64,000 bases of DNA from Malacoraja senta (taxonomy: Eukaryota). A model generated the notes under the pieces. The model had not been told where the DNA came from. It did no database searches and saw only the letters and a program-made list of their open reading frames with translations. Location: contig CM075988.1 in assembly GCA_038087875.1 (NCBI GenBank), positions 18,044,001 to 18,108,000 on the forward strand, read 5' to 3'. Shown piece by piece: positions 1-14,300 of this stretch; positions within the stretch are counted from its first letter, which is position 1; each line of letters opens with the position of its first letter. A program made the position numbers and the translations under genes.

Positions 1-934
1 TTTCTTTGTCAGCACAGTGACTCTTTTGTGCCCTGAGCTGTACTAGTAGCTGGCCGTGTCATTGTTAAACAAAACAGCGAGCCAGCAAAGATTGCAAAAT
101 CAATAGTAGTCAATTCATTTATTATAACCAACCTTCATGGGAGTAAACGTGAAGCTCGCAACATAACTGCAGAAACCATTTCAAGCGCTTGAAAGAACAG
201 TTCCATTGTAAACAAAAAAAAGGTTAATTGAAATTTTTCATTTCAATGGATCCTTGCAGAAATGCAAAACACCCTGTCCTTCAGTTGGTGCCAAGTCCCC
301 ATTTCATTGTGTACACTATAGCTGGCAATGTATTAATGTTGCTCGAATTCTGTAACCAGTCTTCTTATGACACTGATGCCATGGATTTGAGAGTCACTGT
401 ACAGATTGTGATATCTGAGAGTGGTTTCTTTTATTAATCCTGAAATTGTCTTATGTGTCAGAAAATAAAACGATAGATGTGATGTTTGGAGACACACTGG
501 CTGGTAATTGTAGAGCACGTTAAAATGGTGAGCCACGTTAGATCTGTTCAAGCTTTCTCACCAACCTCCTTCCCAAAGAAGCTAAATTATGAGGTTGTCG
601 ATCATTCTTATCCAAGTATCCGACAGAATTACATGAACACAAGAAAAAAGGAGAGATGCAAGAGATTGCAGATGCTGCAATCTGGAGCAAAACTAAACTG
701 CCGGAGGAACAGCAGGTCAAGCAGCCTCTGAGGGGGGAAAGGAATAGTCGATGTTGCATTCGAGACCCTTTATCAGGACTGAGATTGTTGCAGAGAGATG
801 GTCAGTGTGAAGAGGAGTGATGGAGGGGCGAGGCAGGAGCTGCAGGTGAGGCGGGAGGTGATGGACAGATAGAACAGGGCTGGGGGCATGGGGAGCGGTA
901 GAGTAGGGAGACTTTTAAAAATAGGAAAATTACC

Positions 935-1380
935 CCCTTCCAGTGCTTCCTCTAGTAGCTCATTCCACATACTGACTACCCTCTGTGTGAAAACACTGGT
1001 CCTGAGGTTCTTCAAATCTCTCAACTTAAGCCTATGGCCTCTAGCTTTAGAATTCTCTAACCTGGGAAAAAAACTGTGAGCGTTTACTTTATCCATGCTG
1101 TTCATGATCTTGTACACCTCAATAAGGTCACCGCTCAGCCTCCTGCGCTCCAAAGTAAAAAGTGCCTACCTATCCAACCTCTCCCTATAACTCAAGCCCA
1201 TAAGCCCAGGTAACATCCTGGCGCATCTCTTCCACACCCTTTCCAAATGAATGACATCCTTCCTGTAGCTGGGCGACCAGAACTGCACACAGCACTCCTG
1301 GAGTGGTCTTGCCCATGACTTGTACAGCTGCATCATGATGTCAAGACTTTTGTATTCTGTTCCCTTCGCAATGAAGGCAT
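935..1380 (-). mobile_element. CR1-type LINE 3' fragment
   Basis: ORF 773..1153 gives RRLSGDLIEVYKIM...RGHRLKL...FTQRVVSMWNEL, the typical CR1 ORF2 C-terminus. Confidence 0.85.
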
Positions 1381-2321
1381 GATATCAAATGGTATAGGAA
1401 AGCTGAGAAATGTATATAGAGGAAAATTTGTTTACCTTTTTAAAATAATTCCAAAGTTTTCAAATATCATATATATTACCTGATCATAAAGAACATTTTG
1501 CCTCTCTCTAAATAACTCCTCTAAATTTTTTTAATTTCTTGGCTTGATCTAATTATGTTTTTTATATCTTAAAATATAGTACTGAAAGTGTTAAGTAGTT
1601 TGGAGTAGATAATTTAGCAATGCATGCTGGTGTTTCGGGATCACAATCTGAGTCAGGGTCTTGTGGGGAAGTATGCTGCAGTACATACTCAGGGACTCGC
1701 ACTGCCTGTTTCACATTGATTGCGTATGTTCTGTATTCGAAAGCCACAGCAATCGCCTCAGTACAAGCGGCAATAATATAATGATCAGTTGAGGGCAATC
1801 GGACTATATCCCTTGCAATTGAGTAATAGGCTCTGATCAGTTCCAAGCTCCTCCCCTTCCCTTCACGTTGTGTTTCATCCCTGTGGTATGAGGTAAATGA
1901 ACAGCGACTGTTGTGCATTGGCTATGTCTCACAACAGGGAAGGCTGAAGAATTGAGAGTCAGTGCATTTCAAACACTGGCTTCTTAAGTCAATCGCTGAA
2001 AGAATCTGTTTCCAATTTGGAGTAGTTGTTTCTGCAAACTGTTCTCGGGATTTAGGCGTGGACTGAGAATAAGGAGACTCGATATTCCAAGAAAAAAAAC
2101 AGTCATGTCTCTGAAAATGGCTCAAAGCAGAAAAGGATCAAGCAAAACAGGCAGCAAATTGTGAACCTTAGCTACTGGAACTGGATGCTTGAAGAAATTG
2201 CTCATGTTAAGCAATATTTTCTGATGGTGTTGTAGCTGGATGTACGTGGGAGAGGCGTGAATAGGCACTGTGGCTAAATGAAGAGTATAACTTGTTGTGA
2301 AGCTGAAGGTCAAAGGGGACA

Positions 2322-2344
2322 ATGGGAGGACTACAAATCAAATG
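2322..2344 (+). CDS. DIXDC1: DIXDC1 alternative first coding exon (MGGLQIK-C)
   Basis: ATG GGA GGA CTA CAA ATC AAA TG|GTAGGA. Phase 2 matches the acceptor at 11386. Resembles the recalled mammalian short-isoform start MGGTQVKC. Confidence 0.8.
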
Positions 2345-5300
2345 GTAGGAGCTTTTTAAATAAACAGACCCTGTACCATTATAGCGGCAGTATTTTCATT
2401 CATCTCCATGCTCAGCTTTCAACTGATTGCCAGTGTCTGTGCTTAGATTCTTGGCAGCAATTAGAAAAGGAAAAATATTTGTTGAAGTTCTGCTGAGGTA
2501 AAGAAAATCAGCGTCTCCTGAGACAATGTGGCAAAAGCAATGATGTTTTTACCTGGACTGCTGCTTCATAAGGTTTTCCACATTAATGGCATTAACGAAA
2601 TGAATTAGGTGATTTGTGTCTTGTCTGCAGTAGCAGTGTCACTGGTTATGTGTAAATCAGTTTAAAAGCTTTAGATCGTTCATCCGCATAAATCTTTATA
2701 AACATCTGAACAGTATGTTCCTCAGGCTCCATTAACCTATATTTGGATCTGACCTAGTCCCTCCTCTGTCCAAGCTCCTAACGTATGAGTGAGAGGAAAA
2801 TAATTTTTATATAAAAAATTAAAATATCCATGCATCATTATGTACTCAGTCGATTTATACAACAAAATTGTATTAGATACCATTTGGATCTATTTCTCTG
2901 CATATAAATGAATGACTGTACATTTACTGTGTCAGCTCTGATTTGGAAGAAATTATTGCAGGCTTGTTTTTTTATGTGTCGTAGATGACTATTTATAAGT
3001 GGTTTGCATCACTTCCTCCATGTGGGAAAAGAGTATTACTTTTCCTCAATGTTAATGCTAAATAGTTTCACTCTGAAGTCAGTTGGCTGCCTTCCAACAC
3101 AAATTCTTCTCTGTGCAAACACTTCTATTTCCCGACTGCATTCGTAAAAGAAAAAGCACCGCATCTAGTTAAAGGGATAATAATTCACTTAATCTATTTT
3201 CGAAATCAAATGAAAAAGCAGTTTAATTGAATGTTATCTGGCTCTCAACACTGGTTGATACATAGTGCTTCATGGGACATCCTTCTTGACAATACAGGAA
3301 TTTGGAGAAGGGGGTTCAAGGAAAAAGAAATAGAGTAAATGGCTTTGTTGTTGTGTGGAACATTATTTGCTCAATGCTTGGTTTTCGGTTTTTAATTTGG
3401 ATTTTATATTCTCATTTATTGTGTTGTGATTTGAAAATTAAATGGAAATGATTACAGCTGTAACCAATCCGAATTAGATTCATAGTCATACAGCATGGAA
3501 ACCGGTCCTTTGGTCCAACTCGGCCATGACGACCAAGATGCTCCATCTAAGCCAGTCCCATTTGGTTGCATTTTACCCATATCGCTCTAAACCTTTCCTA
3601 TCTATCAACCTGTCCAAATGTCTTTCAAATGTTGTTAATGTACCTGCCTCAACTACTTCCTCAGGCAATTCATTCCATATATCGTCCACCCTATGTGTAA
3701 AAAAATATCCTTCAGGTTCCTATTGAATCTTTCCCCTCTCACCTTAAAACTGTGTCCTCTGGTTATTGATTCCTCTCTTCTGGGTAAAAGACTGTGCATT
3801 TACCTTATATATTCCCCTCATGATTTTATTCACCTCTATACGATCATCCCTCAACCTTTTGTGCTCCAAGGAATAAAGCCCTAGCCTGTCTAACCTCTCA
3901 TAGTAGGGTGGCTGGAGTGTAATTATTATTAATACTAATTTTATTCACATTTTAATTATTGTTCAAAAACTGCAGTTTTTATTTAGCGTGGTCAACGTAT
4001 CTTTCTATTGATAACATTCAATGATTTTCAGTTATAGTTGCGGTCGTTGGTTCTACACTACCCGTTGTTTGGGGGCCACGGGTGCCGAAGTGGTTCCGTG
4101 CGACTGCGTGGGTGCTTCTCACACAAGGTGGATCAGTTGTAGCATTGGTACATTTGGCATGAGTGTGAGCTCCACGGGAAGGCAGATCAACCACATCATG
4201 CTGATTTAATACCTTCTCTTTCCAAACTCTTTCTAAACTCATCAAGCAGACTTGGAGCAGGGAGAAAGGTTTGTAGGTTAATTGGCCTCTGTAAGTTTCT
4301 ACTGGTGTATAAGGAGTGGATGGGAGGGTGGAATAACATAGAGCTAGTGTGACTGGGTGGTGATGGTCGGCATGGACTCAGTGGGCCGAAGGCCCTGGTT
4401 CCATGCTGTATCTCTAAACTAAATCTAAAAATAAAACAAAAATCCCCCATCATCCACCTTTGTTCTAATGGGAATCGCCCACTATTGTCAAATAAATGGT
4501 AAGATAGTTTTAAGTTAGCCTTCTATAAGTAATAATTAGCCAAACGTGTTCTTCCTGGAAAATGTTGCCAGAATTCATCTTCTAACCTCGTTTATTCTGA
4601 TTACTTGAATCTCAGATGTGTGAAATTAAGAATGTATTGATCTGTCTACGGTCACCATGTTTACCAATAACATTATGAGGTGCACAATAATATTTTCTTA
4701 GACACAATCATTGTTACACTTGCACCACATCTTCTCTGTTTTTGCACTATTAATCATATTAAAAGTGCAGTTTATTTATTTATCTGTATTTCCTGGGGAC
4801 TCACTAACTGACATAAGAATTATTATATCTCGAGCCCAAAACACACAACATCCATATGCTTATCTATGGGGATTTTCACTGTCAGCACCTGGACTGCATC
4901 CCATTATTGGGCCCTGTGTCATGCACTCAGGCAGGGACAGGACCTGTTGTGACTGGCTGCTCACAGTGGCTCCTCTGGTTTCCTGCTCCATTTGTGTTTC
5001 CAGTCCTTGACCTCACTCAATGCTCCTTTCACTTGTCTCACATAAAACCTAATGGTCCTCAATGACAGCCAGTAACTTTCTTTTAAACTTGACATCAAAA
5101 AAATAATTATTGTGAAATACGTTTGACTGAAGGCAATGACATTCAGGTTGCTGATTTTAGCATTCTGTTGCTGGGGTATACACATTCCCTTTTGCAATGT
5201 ATTGAATAGCATGAACTGTTATAATGTGTGAGTCAACATCTACAAAGGCTGGTGCCAACCAGAATACAAAGCAATTTGTCAGATGCACTCATGAAGCAAT

Positions 5301-8300
5301 CAGTCTTTAGACTTTAGAGATACAGGATGGAAACAGGTCCTTCGGCGCACTGTGTCCATGCTGATCAGTGATCACCCCATACACTAACACCATCCTACCC
5401 ACAAGGGACAACTTACAATTTTTATTTTACCAAAGCCAATTAATTTACAAACCTGTATGTCTTTGGAGTGTGGAGGAAACCGGAGCACCCGGAGAAAACC
5501 CACTCGGTCACGGGGAGAATGTACAAACTCCGTACAGACAGCACCTGTAGTCAGGATCGAACCTGGGTCTGTGGGCACTGTGAGGCAGCAACTCAATCGC
5601 TGCGCCACTGTACCGTTCCAAGAACTAGAAATTATTCTAAGAAAATGGCGGCCTTCAGGTGCTGCTTACCCATGGTGTCAATCTTTTGTTTCAGCATAAA
5701 CAGTTGAGCAGTTGAACCATGAGAATTACCACACTGGAACTCTGGGACTTGATGTCCATGCAAGGCAATGTCACTTCATTTTTATGACAATTAGCAGATG
5801 TGTACAAAAGGTGACTAATCTGACATTGTGACAGTGCTTTACACTATCACTGCAAATTAAAATTTAAGCCAGTTCTTCTAAATTCTCCACATTGAATTAA
5901 TGTTTAATTAAGGTTGGAGAAGACGGGCGTAATGGGGTGACAGAGAGTTGATTATGGGGGAAATGTCACTTGAAATGTCAGTGATGACCACTTGAGATGT
6001 CAGTGATGGCCCTTGGTCAATGAGATATTTGGCGATATATGAATGATATGTGGGAGACAGCTGTCAGTACCGGGCACTTGTGCAATGAACCACTCGGGAT
6101 ATTGCAGTTTCCAACCCCAAAACACCAATAGGCCATTGAGGGTGGTCACAGTGGGACAGATTGAGCTATAAAGTGGCAGTCTACAAAAATATATGAAATG
6201 AAATTGTGAGGTTGTTTTGCCTCCCTGTGTAATATGGTATCGGGTGTAATATATTCATCTTTTCTTTCCTATTTAGTATTTCCTTCATTACTCGGAGATA
6301 ACAAGGATTTATACATTGGTGTTCCTTCTGTGTTTTTGTCCAGTTGTATGTGCATCTGCAGGAACCCCAGTAGGGACTGGGATTACAATGTCATATCCAG
6401 AAATACACATCGTTCATTGAAGGCTGGAGACGTTTTGTTAAGTAGGTCACTGAGCATGACAGATTCTCCTGTTGTTTTGCAGTCTAGTGTCACAAAGGAG
6501 TTCTAGTTAGAGCTCAGGAGTTCTATAATACTGGGAAAAGAAAGCTTCTGGTAACCTGATTTGCATCACAAAAAGACCACTGAGGCACCAAACCATTGGC
6601 CAGAGCTGGTTATTTTCTGATTTATTACTTAGCAATCTCTGAAAGAGCCACATTTGGGCTCTGTGACACAGACATTGCAGTATTGCAGCTGGCTAGCCCA
6701 ATGTCCCCTTTGTAAACAGTTATTATTTTTGATGTGTTGGTTTCATAGGTCGTCTCAGTTTTAGTGATCTAATCCTTTCAGGAGTTCATTCGACAAGGAT
6801 AGATTTAACCCTGCTCCCAGCCCAGCCTTATACCCCTGTAAGGTTTTTCCACTGTACCAGCGTGGTATTCCCATTACCAGTGCTCCCCTTGCAGTCATAT
6901 TAAGATAAGATTGCTAATTGGAGTTGAATTTTAGGTATTGCTGTTTAATGATCTTGTGTAAAGTAAGAATTTAATGGAAACTGAGACAGCATAGATACAG
7001 GCCACATAGCCCACCATGAGCCGCATTTATCCCATTGGGGCAGCATGATGTACTTGATTCTGATTATAACCTGGATTGTTTTCTGGAGTGTCCATGGTTG
7101 AGGGGAGACCTGATAGAAGAGAGGCATCAATATGATAAATAGTGGGAACCTTTTTCCCAGTGCGGAAATGTCAAAGACTAGAGGACATAGCTTTAAGGTG
7201 AGAAGGGCAAAGTTTAAAGGAGATGTGTGGGGCAAGTTTTTTACGCAGAGGGGTGGTGGGTGCCTGGAATGCTCTGCCAGAGATGGTGGTTGAGGCAGAT
7301 ACAATAGTGGCATTTTAGATAGGAACATGGATATCCAGTGAATGGAGGGATATGGATCACTTGCAGGCAGAGGAGATTAATTGAAAGGCATCATATTCAT
7401 TGTGGGTGGACGAGTGTGTTCCTGTGGTGTACTGTTCTATAAAAGAGAGTGTTAATATAGAGTTTTTTCCCCAGTTGTGTCCCATCCACTGTCAACCCCA
7501 ACCATTGCCCAGTTTCCCTCCCATCACTATGATGGGTGGCTGCTGACCCGAGGCATTTATTCAGCTCATCTGTTTCACTGCAAAAAATGACGCTGGCCAG
7601 ATTCCTGAAGTCATTGTCATATGATCCATAACAAGATTCAAGTTTGGTGCTGCCGGTTGAAAATCTATGAGAAATATTCTCCTTTCTGTTCCTTCCACTT
7701 GCTATTATTTCTGCTCCTTTCACCAATGTAAACCATATTTAAGTTTGGTCAGGTGCTGAGACAATTGTGTTTGCATTTCAGATGCTGACTATTCTCATCT
7801 CGTGTCGCTGCACCGTGGGAAAGCAGTGCTCATCAGTCAGCTCTGTGTCTACATCACAAAACCATTTCCTCTCCCAGTGCAAAGGTTCTGGGGGGTCGCT
7901 AATTCTGTTGCTGTTGGGATAATGGGAGCCAGCTATAACAACGTAAACATGGGCAGTCAGCTCACAGCTGCTGTTCTCCTGGGTGCGTCAGTGTAGGTGT
8001 TACCACAGGCACATTCAGCTACTGTACCCATAGCAGGGAGGGGGAGAGAGGGGAAATCCATTGAAATGTGATGTTAAAAAGAGGTGGAAGTCAGCAGCTA
8101 AAAGTTTGAATGGAAGTTAAAATGTGTTTGGCATGTTGTTATTTAGGATTTTGACAGACTTGCTGATGGAAAACTCTGGGAAAGAGAATTCCTTCATCGG
8201 CATCACTCAGGAACATTAGGTGAAATCTGCTGTATGATCTGACTGGATTGTGTGCAAAAACAAAAATAAAAAATCTCACAGTAGGTACATATGACAAGAA

Positions 8301-11300
8301 CATATCATTGAATCAAAGCTTGTCACACAGAGAATATCTGGAATGTACGCACAGAGAAGGCAGTGGAATCAGATACAGCTCTCCTATATAAGAGGCATTT
8401 AGACACACATAAATAAGCAAGGCATAGAAGGGTCTGGAGCTAATGCGTGCAAATGGGATTAGTGTGGATGGGGAAAAGGGTCGGCATGGACAAGGTGGGT
8501 TGAAGGGTCTGTTTCTGTGTTGTACGACTCCAAATAACACAGCAATCAGCCATTCAGCCCAGCCGATTGAGTGCAGCAATAATGCTGGGGAATGTTTGCT
8601 GCACTTGAGCCTTCTTTCCTTCGCTAAATCTGTCGGCGCAACCTCCTTCTCCCTCATGTATTTTGCCAGCCTCTTCTTAAATGCATCTTTATACATGGTC
8701 ATTTCTTTTGAACTTTATCGATGCAGGCATTGTATAGATTGATTTTGTTCCTCAGTTTTAAGTTTTCTAAAGATTCAGCACCAGTGTTTCAAACAATTTG
8801 CCTTTACAAGGGGGAGTGATGTGGGAAATGGAAGTGGAGCCTTACTAATTCCACTCTTTGTTGAAGGGTTTAAATGAATATTCAGCAAGGTGAATCTCAA
8901 TGGGCTATTCTGATCAATGTATGGGAGTGAATGTGCAAGTGTGAATGAAAATAAATCATTCAATTCATTAAACGTGTTCTTTTCCCAGATTTTACATCAG
9001 TGCCTCAGCAATAAATGTCCCACCAGTCTAGGGAGCAGCCAGTGTTAATCCTATTGCCTCTGACTACGGGTTGTGTTTATATTTTACAACATTCAGATCT
9101 TTCCATTTTAAGATAACGCTTGAGCAAGTTGTCGGACTGATCTCCAGTAGGAAATGTAAATCATGCATTTCAACATTGTAAACTGGGCAGTAAAGTAAAA
9201 GTCAGCTTTTACTTAAACAAATACCAGCCTCAGAAAGACCTCATTCCTAAGTTTCTAGCCACGTGTTTAGGAGAAAATAGCTATGTAACATAATAGTTCT
9301 TACCTTGCCTGGAAAAACATTTCCATTTACTTTGGCACACAAATAAGAGAGTAAGTTTGTTGGTCAAAATGTTTGTGGAAAATTGTATGGTACTGAAATA
9401 AATTGGAAGGCAGTGACAGCAAGTTAAGGGCCTGTCCCACTTACGTGTCCTTGGCACGCAAATTACGCGACCTCGTGGTCGCGTTGAGCCGCGAAGGTCG
9501 GGCGTGATTACATGCGTACGCACAGTCGTCTGGAGCGCGTGACGTCATTTGAAGATGGACACAAAGCTGGAGTAACTCAGCAGGACCGGCAGCATCTCTG
9601 GAGAGAAGCAATGGGTGACGTTTCATGTCGAGACTCTTCTTCAGTCTGAAAAGAAGGGTCTTGACCCGAAACGTCACCCATTACTTCCCTCCAGAGATGC
9701 TGCCGGTCCCGCTGAGTTAATACTGCATTTTGTGTCTATCTTCAATTTTCTTGGCCCCGCTCTGCGAGTAGAAGTGGGGGTGGATCCGGACCGCAACGGC
9801 CGTGAGCCCCAGGCCGAGCTTGGCGATCGTTTGCCTGCTTCTGCTGCTGTTAGAGGTGAGACGTTGCGTCGCGCCAGGGTCTTGGCCTGTCCCACTTTGG
9901 CCAACAGTTCCGCGACAGGCCGTTAGCGCGTGAAGATTTAGTTCACTACAAAAATTTCGGAGCCCCGTGCGATATCGTGCACAACTCCATACCCCTCCGC
10001 GCTTCTAAGTGGGACTGGCCCCGCGCGGCCATTCATTGTCCGTACGCCTCAACGCGACCACGAGGTCGCGTAATTTGCGTGCCAAGGACACGTAAGTGGG
10101 ACAGGCCCTTTAGTGTTTGTATGAAGAAAGGCAGATGGGATGTTTTGGGATACTGCAGACTGAGTGAAACATTGTCTATCCATTCCCTCACTAATGCTGC
10201 CTAACCTGCTGAGTTCCGCCAGCACTTTGTTTTTCTGCTCAAAATTCTAGCACCTGTGATATTATGTACTGTCATCTGTGGTGAAAATACATTTCAGATG
10301 TCTTCTTTTCTCCTTCTTTAAAACAAAGTCAATTGAGTAAACACCAGCACCCACAGTTGAATGATGGGCTTCAGCAAGGAGCTGAGGTAAATGGTAACTG
10401 TGGAACTCCACGGCACCGAAGCAAAAACACATATATTGTTAGAACAGGAGAAAACTGGTGAGAAGTTTGGTCAGTTTAATTGTTGATTTTTTCTTTCTTC
10501 TCTTTGCAATAATGTTTCAGAAGATGACCCCATCTTCTTTCATTCAACAGGCATTAGAATCTCTCTTCAGCTAGATGGGTGGTGAAATAGCATGTGTTTA
10601 CTGAGCTGCAGGGCAGGTAGCAGGGCTACTTGATCTGATTGCAAGGGGTGAAGTAAATCATGAGCACAAGCATGGATGGTGCATGCATGAGGGCCTGACC
10701 TCAAATGCGATCAATGCAGGGATGTGTTTGTAGTCGTATACAAGGGAATGATCCTTCGCGTGAAGATGAGTGTCCACATGCTCTGCATTGGGAGTATCGC
10801 ACAGAGGTTTTCCTCATCTTAATACAGGTTTAATTTTATAAGAGCAATCATTTAGACCCAATCCAAGGGTCTAAAAAGAACTGAGTAAAATAATAAGGGC
10901 AAATATGTTAATATGTTGCATAACATATCGAAAATATCATTATGAGCTTGCAAAATATTTTAATATAAATAAATCCTTGACTTCTCAGCAATAATTAAAA
11001 ATACTGATTAAAAAGTGAGGAGGTTCTTGTTTCATTGAAGAGCATGCATGCTGTTTGAATGTAGTCTGGAAATTAAGCAGAAAGTGTTGACATTGGACTC
11101 GTATGTTTTGGTTTAATAATTCTGAACACAATGTTGGGAAAAGATAGAGTGATTCTTTGAGTTTTATATCTTGATACCGCATCTTGCTTGAGCTGAAGGG
11201 CCTGTTTCGTTGCTGTGTGACTGTGTGATACGATTGATTGGTGTTGAAATTTTACAATTCATGTTAATTTATCCAGTACTCTGTTTTATAATCTGAGATG

Positions 11301-14300
11301 TTTTTATTTTTGCGTTAATCCGCAGCATCAGTGGAGCTGGAACTGTGCAAGTCCTCCTGCAGCTAAAGTGCTTTGTCTTTTTCAGTGTCAGTTCAGCAAG
11401 TCCAACGAACAGTGCAAAACCAGAGTCCATTACCAGTCAACTGGAGGAAGGATTGGATTTATCTTCCCAGAAAGAGGAATGGGAGTCCAGACCAGGTACG
11501 TGAACTTCACTCTCAAGCCTAGACTTAAGGCAGATGTCTTTGATAGTTAGTATCAGCTGCTGCAGAGAAAGTCTGTAGCCAAATAGAGATGATATAGTTG
11601 TGGTGGAACTTGAGCTGGGGCAGTGATCCTCAGTGAGTTGAGTCATAGACCACTTGCGATACACCTTGCTCCAGTTCAGATGTTAATGGGGCTGGAGATC
11701 GCATGGGATGAATAATATCAAATATCTTTAACTTCATAAAAGCCTCCCAAGAGGATTTTTTAATCATCTGGGATTCTATGAGATTACGAAAATGCAAACA
11801 GCAATAAAAAAAAGAAATTGATAAGCATGGAGTGAAAACACCTGAGGCAAGAGGCTGAGGTGATGGTGAAGTGTTGCTATTGAATCTTGGAAGCCCTGTC
11901 AAAAGGCAGATGATATACAGGCAATTCTTCACTAATTGCTCCTACTGAATGGATTAGTTATACACAAGTGTGGGAACATCGCCATGTTTGCAGCATCTCA
12001 GGAAATACATGATTTAATCAGTCTTATTCAGGATAGCTCAGCAAGTTAGCTCGTGATTATAGCTTCAGGTATTTCCAGGGTTGAGTTGGTAATGTGAGAG
12101 TGACAAGAAGCACCGCGGTTAGTATCATCAGCCCTGCGTTAGTCTGGGAGAAAGCTAGATATCCATTAAAAGCAGCTTCACCTACAGTGACTTCTATGTT
12201 GTTCTTTGTAGGGGTCATCGAATGGTTTAGCTGCAGTGTCATTTCTTTGCATGGATGATGGCTACTCGAGGGAGGTGCTGAAAGGAAACTGACACTGTTG
12301 ATATCTTCTCCCATCTATCCTTCTTGGGCATATATCACCTTTCCCACATTGTCAATGGTCTGAGTCCTACAACTACGTGCACAAAAGCATTTATCAGAAG
12401 GACCACAGTGATTCAAGAAGGTGGTTCACCACCAACTTCTCAAGGACAGTTAAATTGGGCAATGAGATTTTTTCCAGAGTAGAGGAATAAAGAACCAGAG
12501 ATCATAGGTTTAAGGTGAGAGGGGAAATATTTAATAGGAACCTGAGGAGAAACTTTTTCACACAGAGGGTGATGGTTGAGGAGATAGTTGAGGCAGATAA
12601 TATAACAACATTTAAAGACATTTGGGCAAGCACATGGATAGGAAAGGTTTGGAGGGATATGGGCCAAATGTATCACAGTATGGTTTTGGAACAGCTCTAT
12701 CCAAGACCACAAGAAATTGCAGAGTGTTGTGAAAGTAGCTCAGACCATCATGCAAACCAACCTCCTTTCCATTGAATCCATCTACACTTCATGCTGTCTC
12801 GGCAGGGCCATCAGCATAATCACGGACTGAATTCTCACCACGGTCTCTCTTCTCCCCTCTCTCATCAGGCAAAGGTTTGAAAACGCATACCTCCAGATTC
12901 AGGGACAGTTTTTCCGCAGCCGTTATCAGCCAACATAACTCCTCTCACCAGCTTGAGTGCAATCCTGGCATCCCATCTACTCCATTTGAAACTTTTGAAC
13001 TATCTATAATAGGACTTTATCGGACTTTATCTTGCACTAAACATTATCCTTTATCTGTACACTGTGGACGGCTTGATTGTAATCACGTATAGTCTTTTCT
13101 TTGACTGGATAGCAAGCTTTTTACTGTACCTTGGTACACATGACATTAATAATATACTAAATTAAAGAAGAAGGGTCTCGACCCGAAACGTCACCCATTC
13201 CTTCTCTCCAGAGCTGCTGTCTGACCGGCTGAGTTACTCCAGCATTTTGTGTCTACCTTCAGGAGAAATACATTTGTGCCCGAGTGGATTGAGTGAACTG
13301 CAGCCTGTATTGTCCATTGAAATGTGGTCAGTGAACGCTCAGCAGCTCCACCTGGTGGAGCCTTTTGGGGCCGTTTCTTTCTCTCAGAGGTGGGAAGCTG
13401 TGGGTAGTTGGTGCTTGCTCCACTACTGCTTTCCTTCCAGAGGAAAGAGAGTGGCAACAACGTCTTGAGAAGCTCGGGACCGCGCCCTTGTGCAAACTAA
13501 TGATGTGGTTGAAGGCTTCATGACAATTATTTCTGGAAATTGCTGAAATTCCATCCATAATTACTGGCAATTTTCAAGATAATGACAGGGCCAATGCCTA
13601 CAAATGCAAATTCAACTTTTTTTCACCCAATGATTAAGTGACTGATATCAATCTAAAATAGGAATCGGGAAAACGTTATGATACTGAATGGATATAAAAA
13701 TATTAATTAAATGTTACTAAATTGATATAAAAATATTCACTGTACGATACTAAATGTTAAAATAGTTTATTTGAAGAAAGTTGGCAAAGGTTATTGAATT
13801 AAAAGATCAGGACCTATACACTGCGATTAAGCATTAGATTCTTCTGCACATTCCTACTTGGAGGTATGGATAGTTGACATGCCAGTGGGATATTCAGCAC
13901 CCAAAACTAAATTGACTGTCCATGTTTGGCTTTATTATTGTCATGTGAACTAAAATACAGCAAAAAGCTTTATTTTGCATGCTATCCAAGCAGGTCACAT
14001 GTACCATACAGTCAGTTCAAACTCAAGTACAATAGATAGAGCAAAGAGTAAGATACGGAGTGCAGATCATAGTTCTCAGCCTTGCAGCATTGTATTGCTG
14101 TCTGGGCTTTGCTTTAAACTAGTAACCTTTGGATTGCCGCTAGTCTTTCTGCAGGCTGAATTGGAAATCACTCAATGTATGACCTTTTAATTTGGAAAGG
14201 ATAGAAAAATACTTTAAAAAAAGGGTATTCCAGGAAAATATAGATTTTTAAAAAAACATTTTGATTTGCAAATGAGGATCTTTATATTGATAGCTGAGAT

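Noticed and set aside
4018..4245. Short Cys/Gly-rich ORFs on both strands in a mildly CpG-rich patch
   Set aside because: No similarity to DIXDC1 CH-domain exons or any family I recognise, and no convincing donor
5966..6010. 22-bp tandem duplication CACTTGARATGTCAGTGATGRC containing TGATGA-like motifs
   Set aside because: No properly placed C/D boxes with a terminal stem; looks like ordinary slippage
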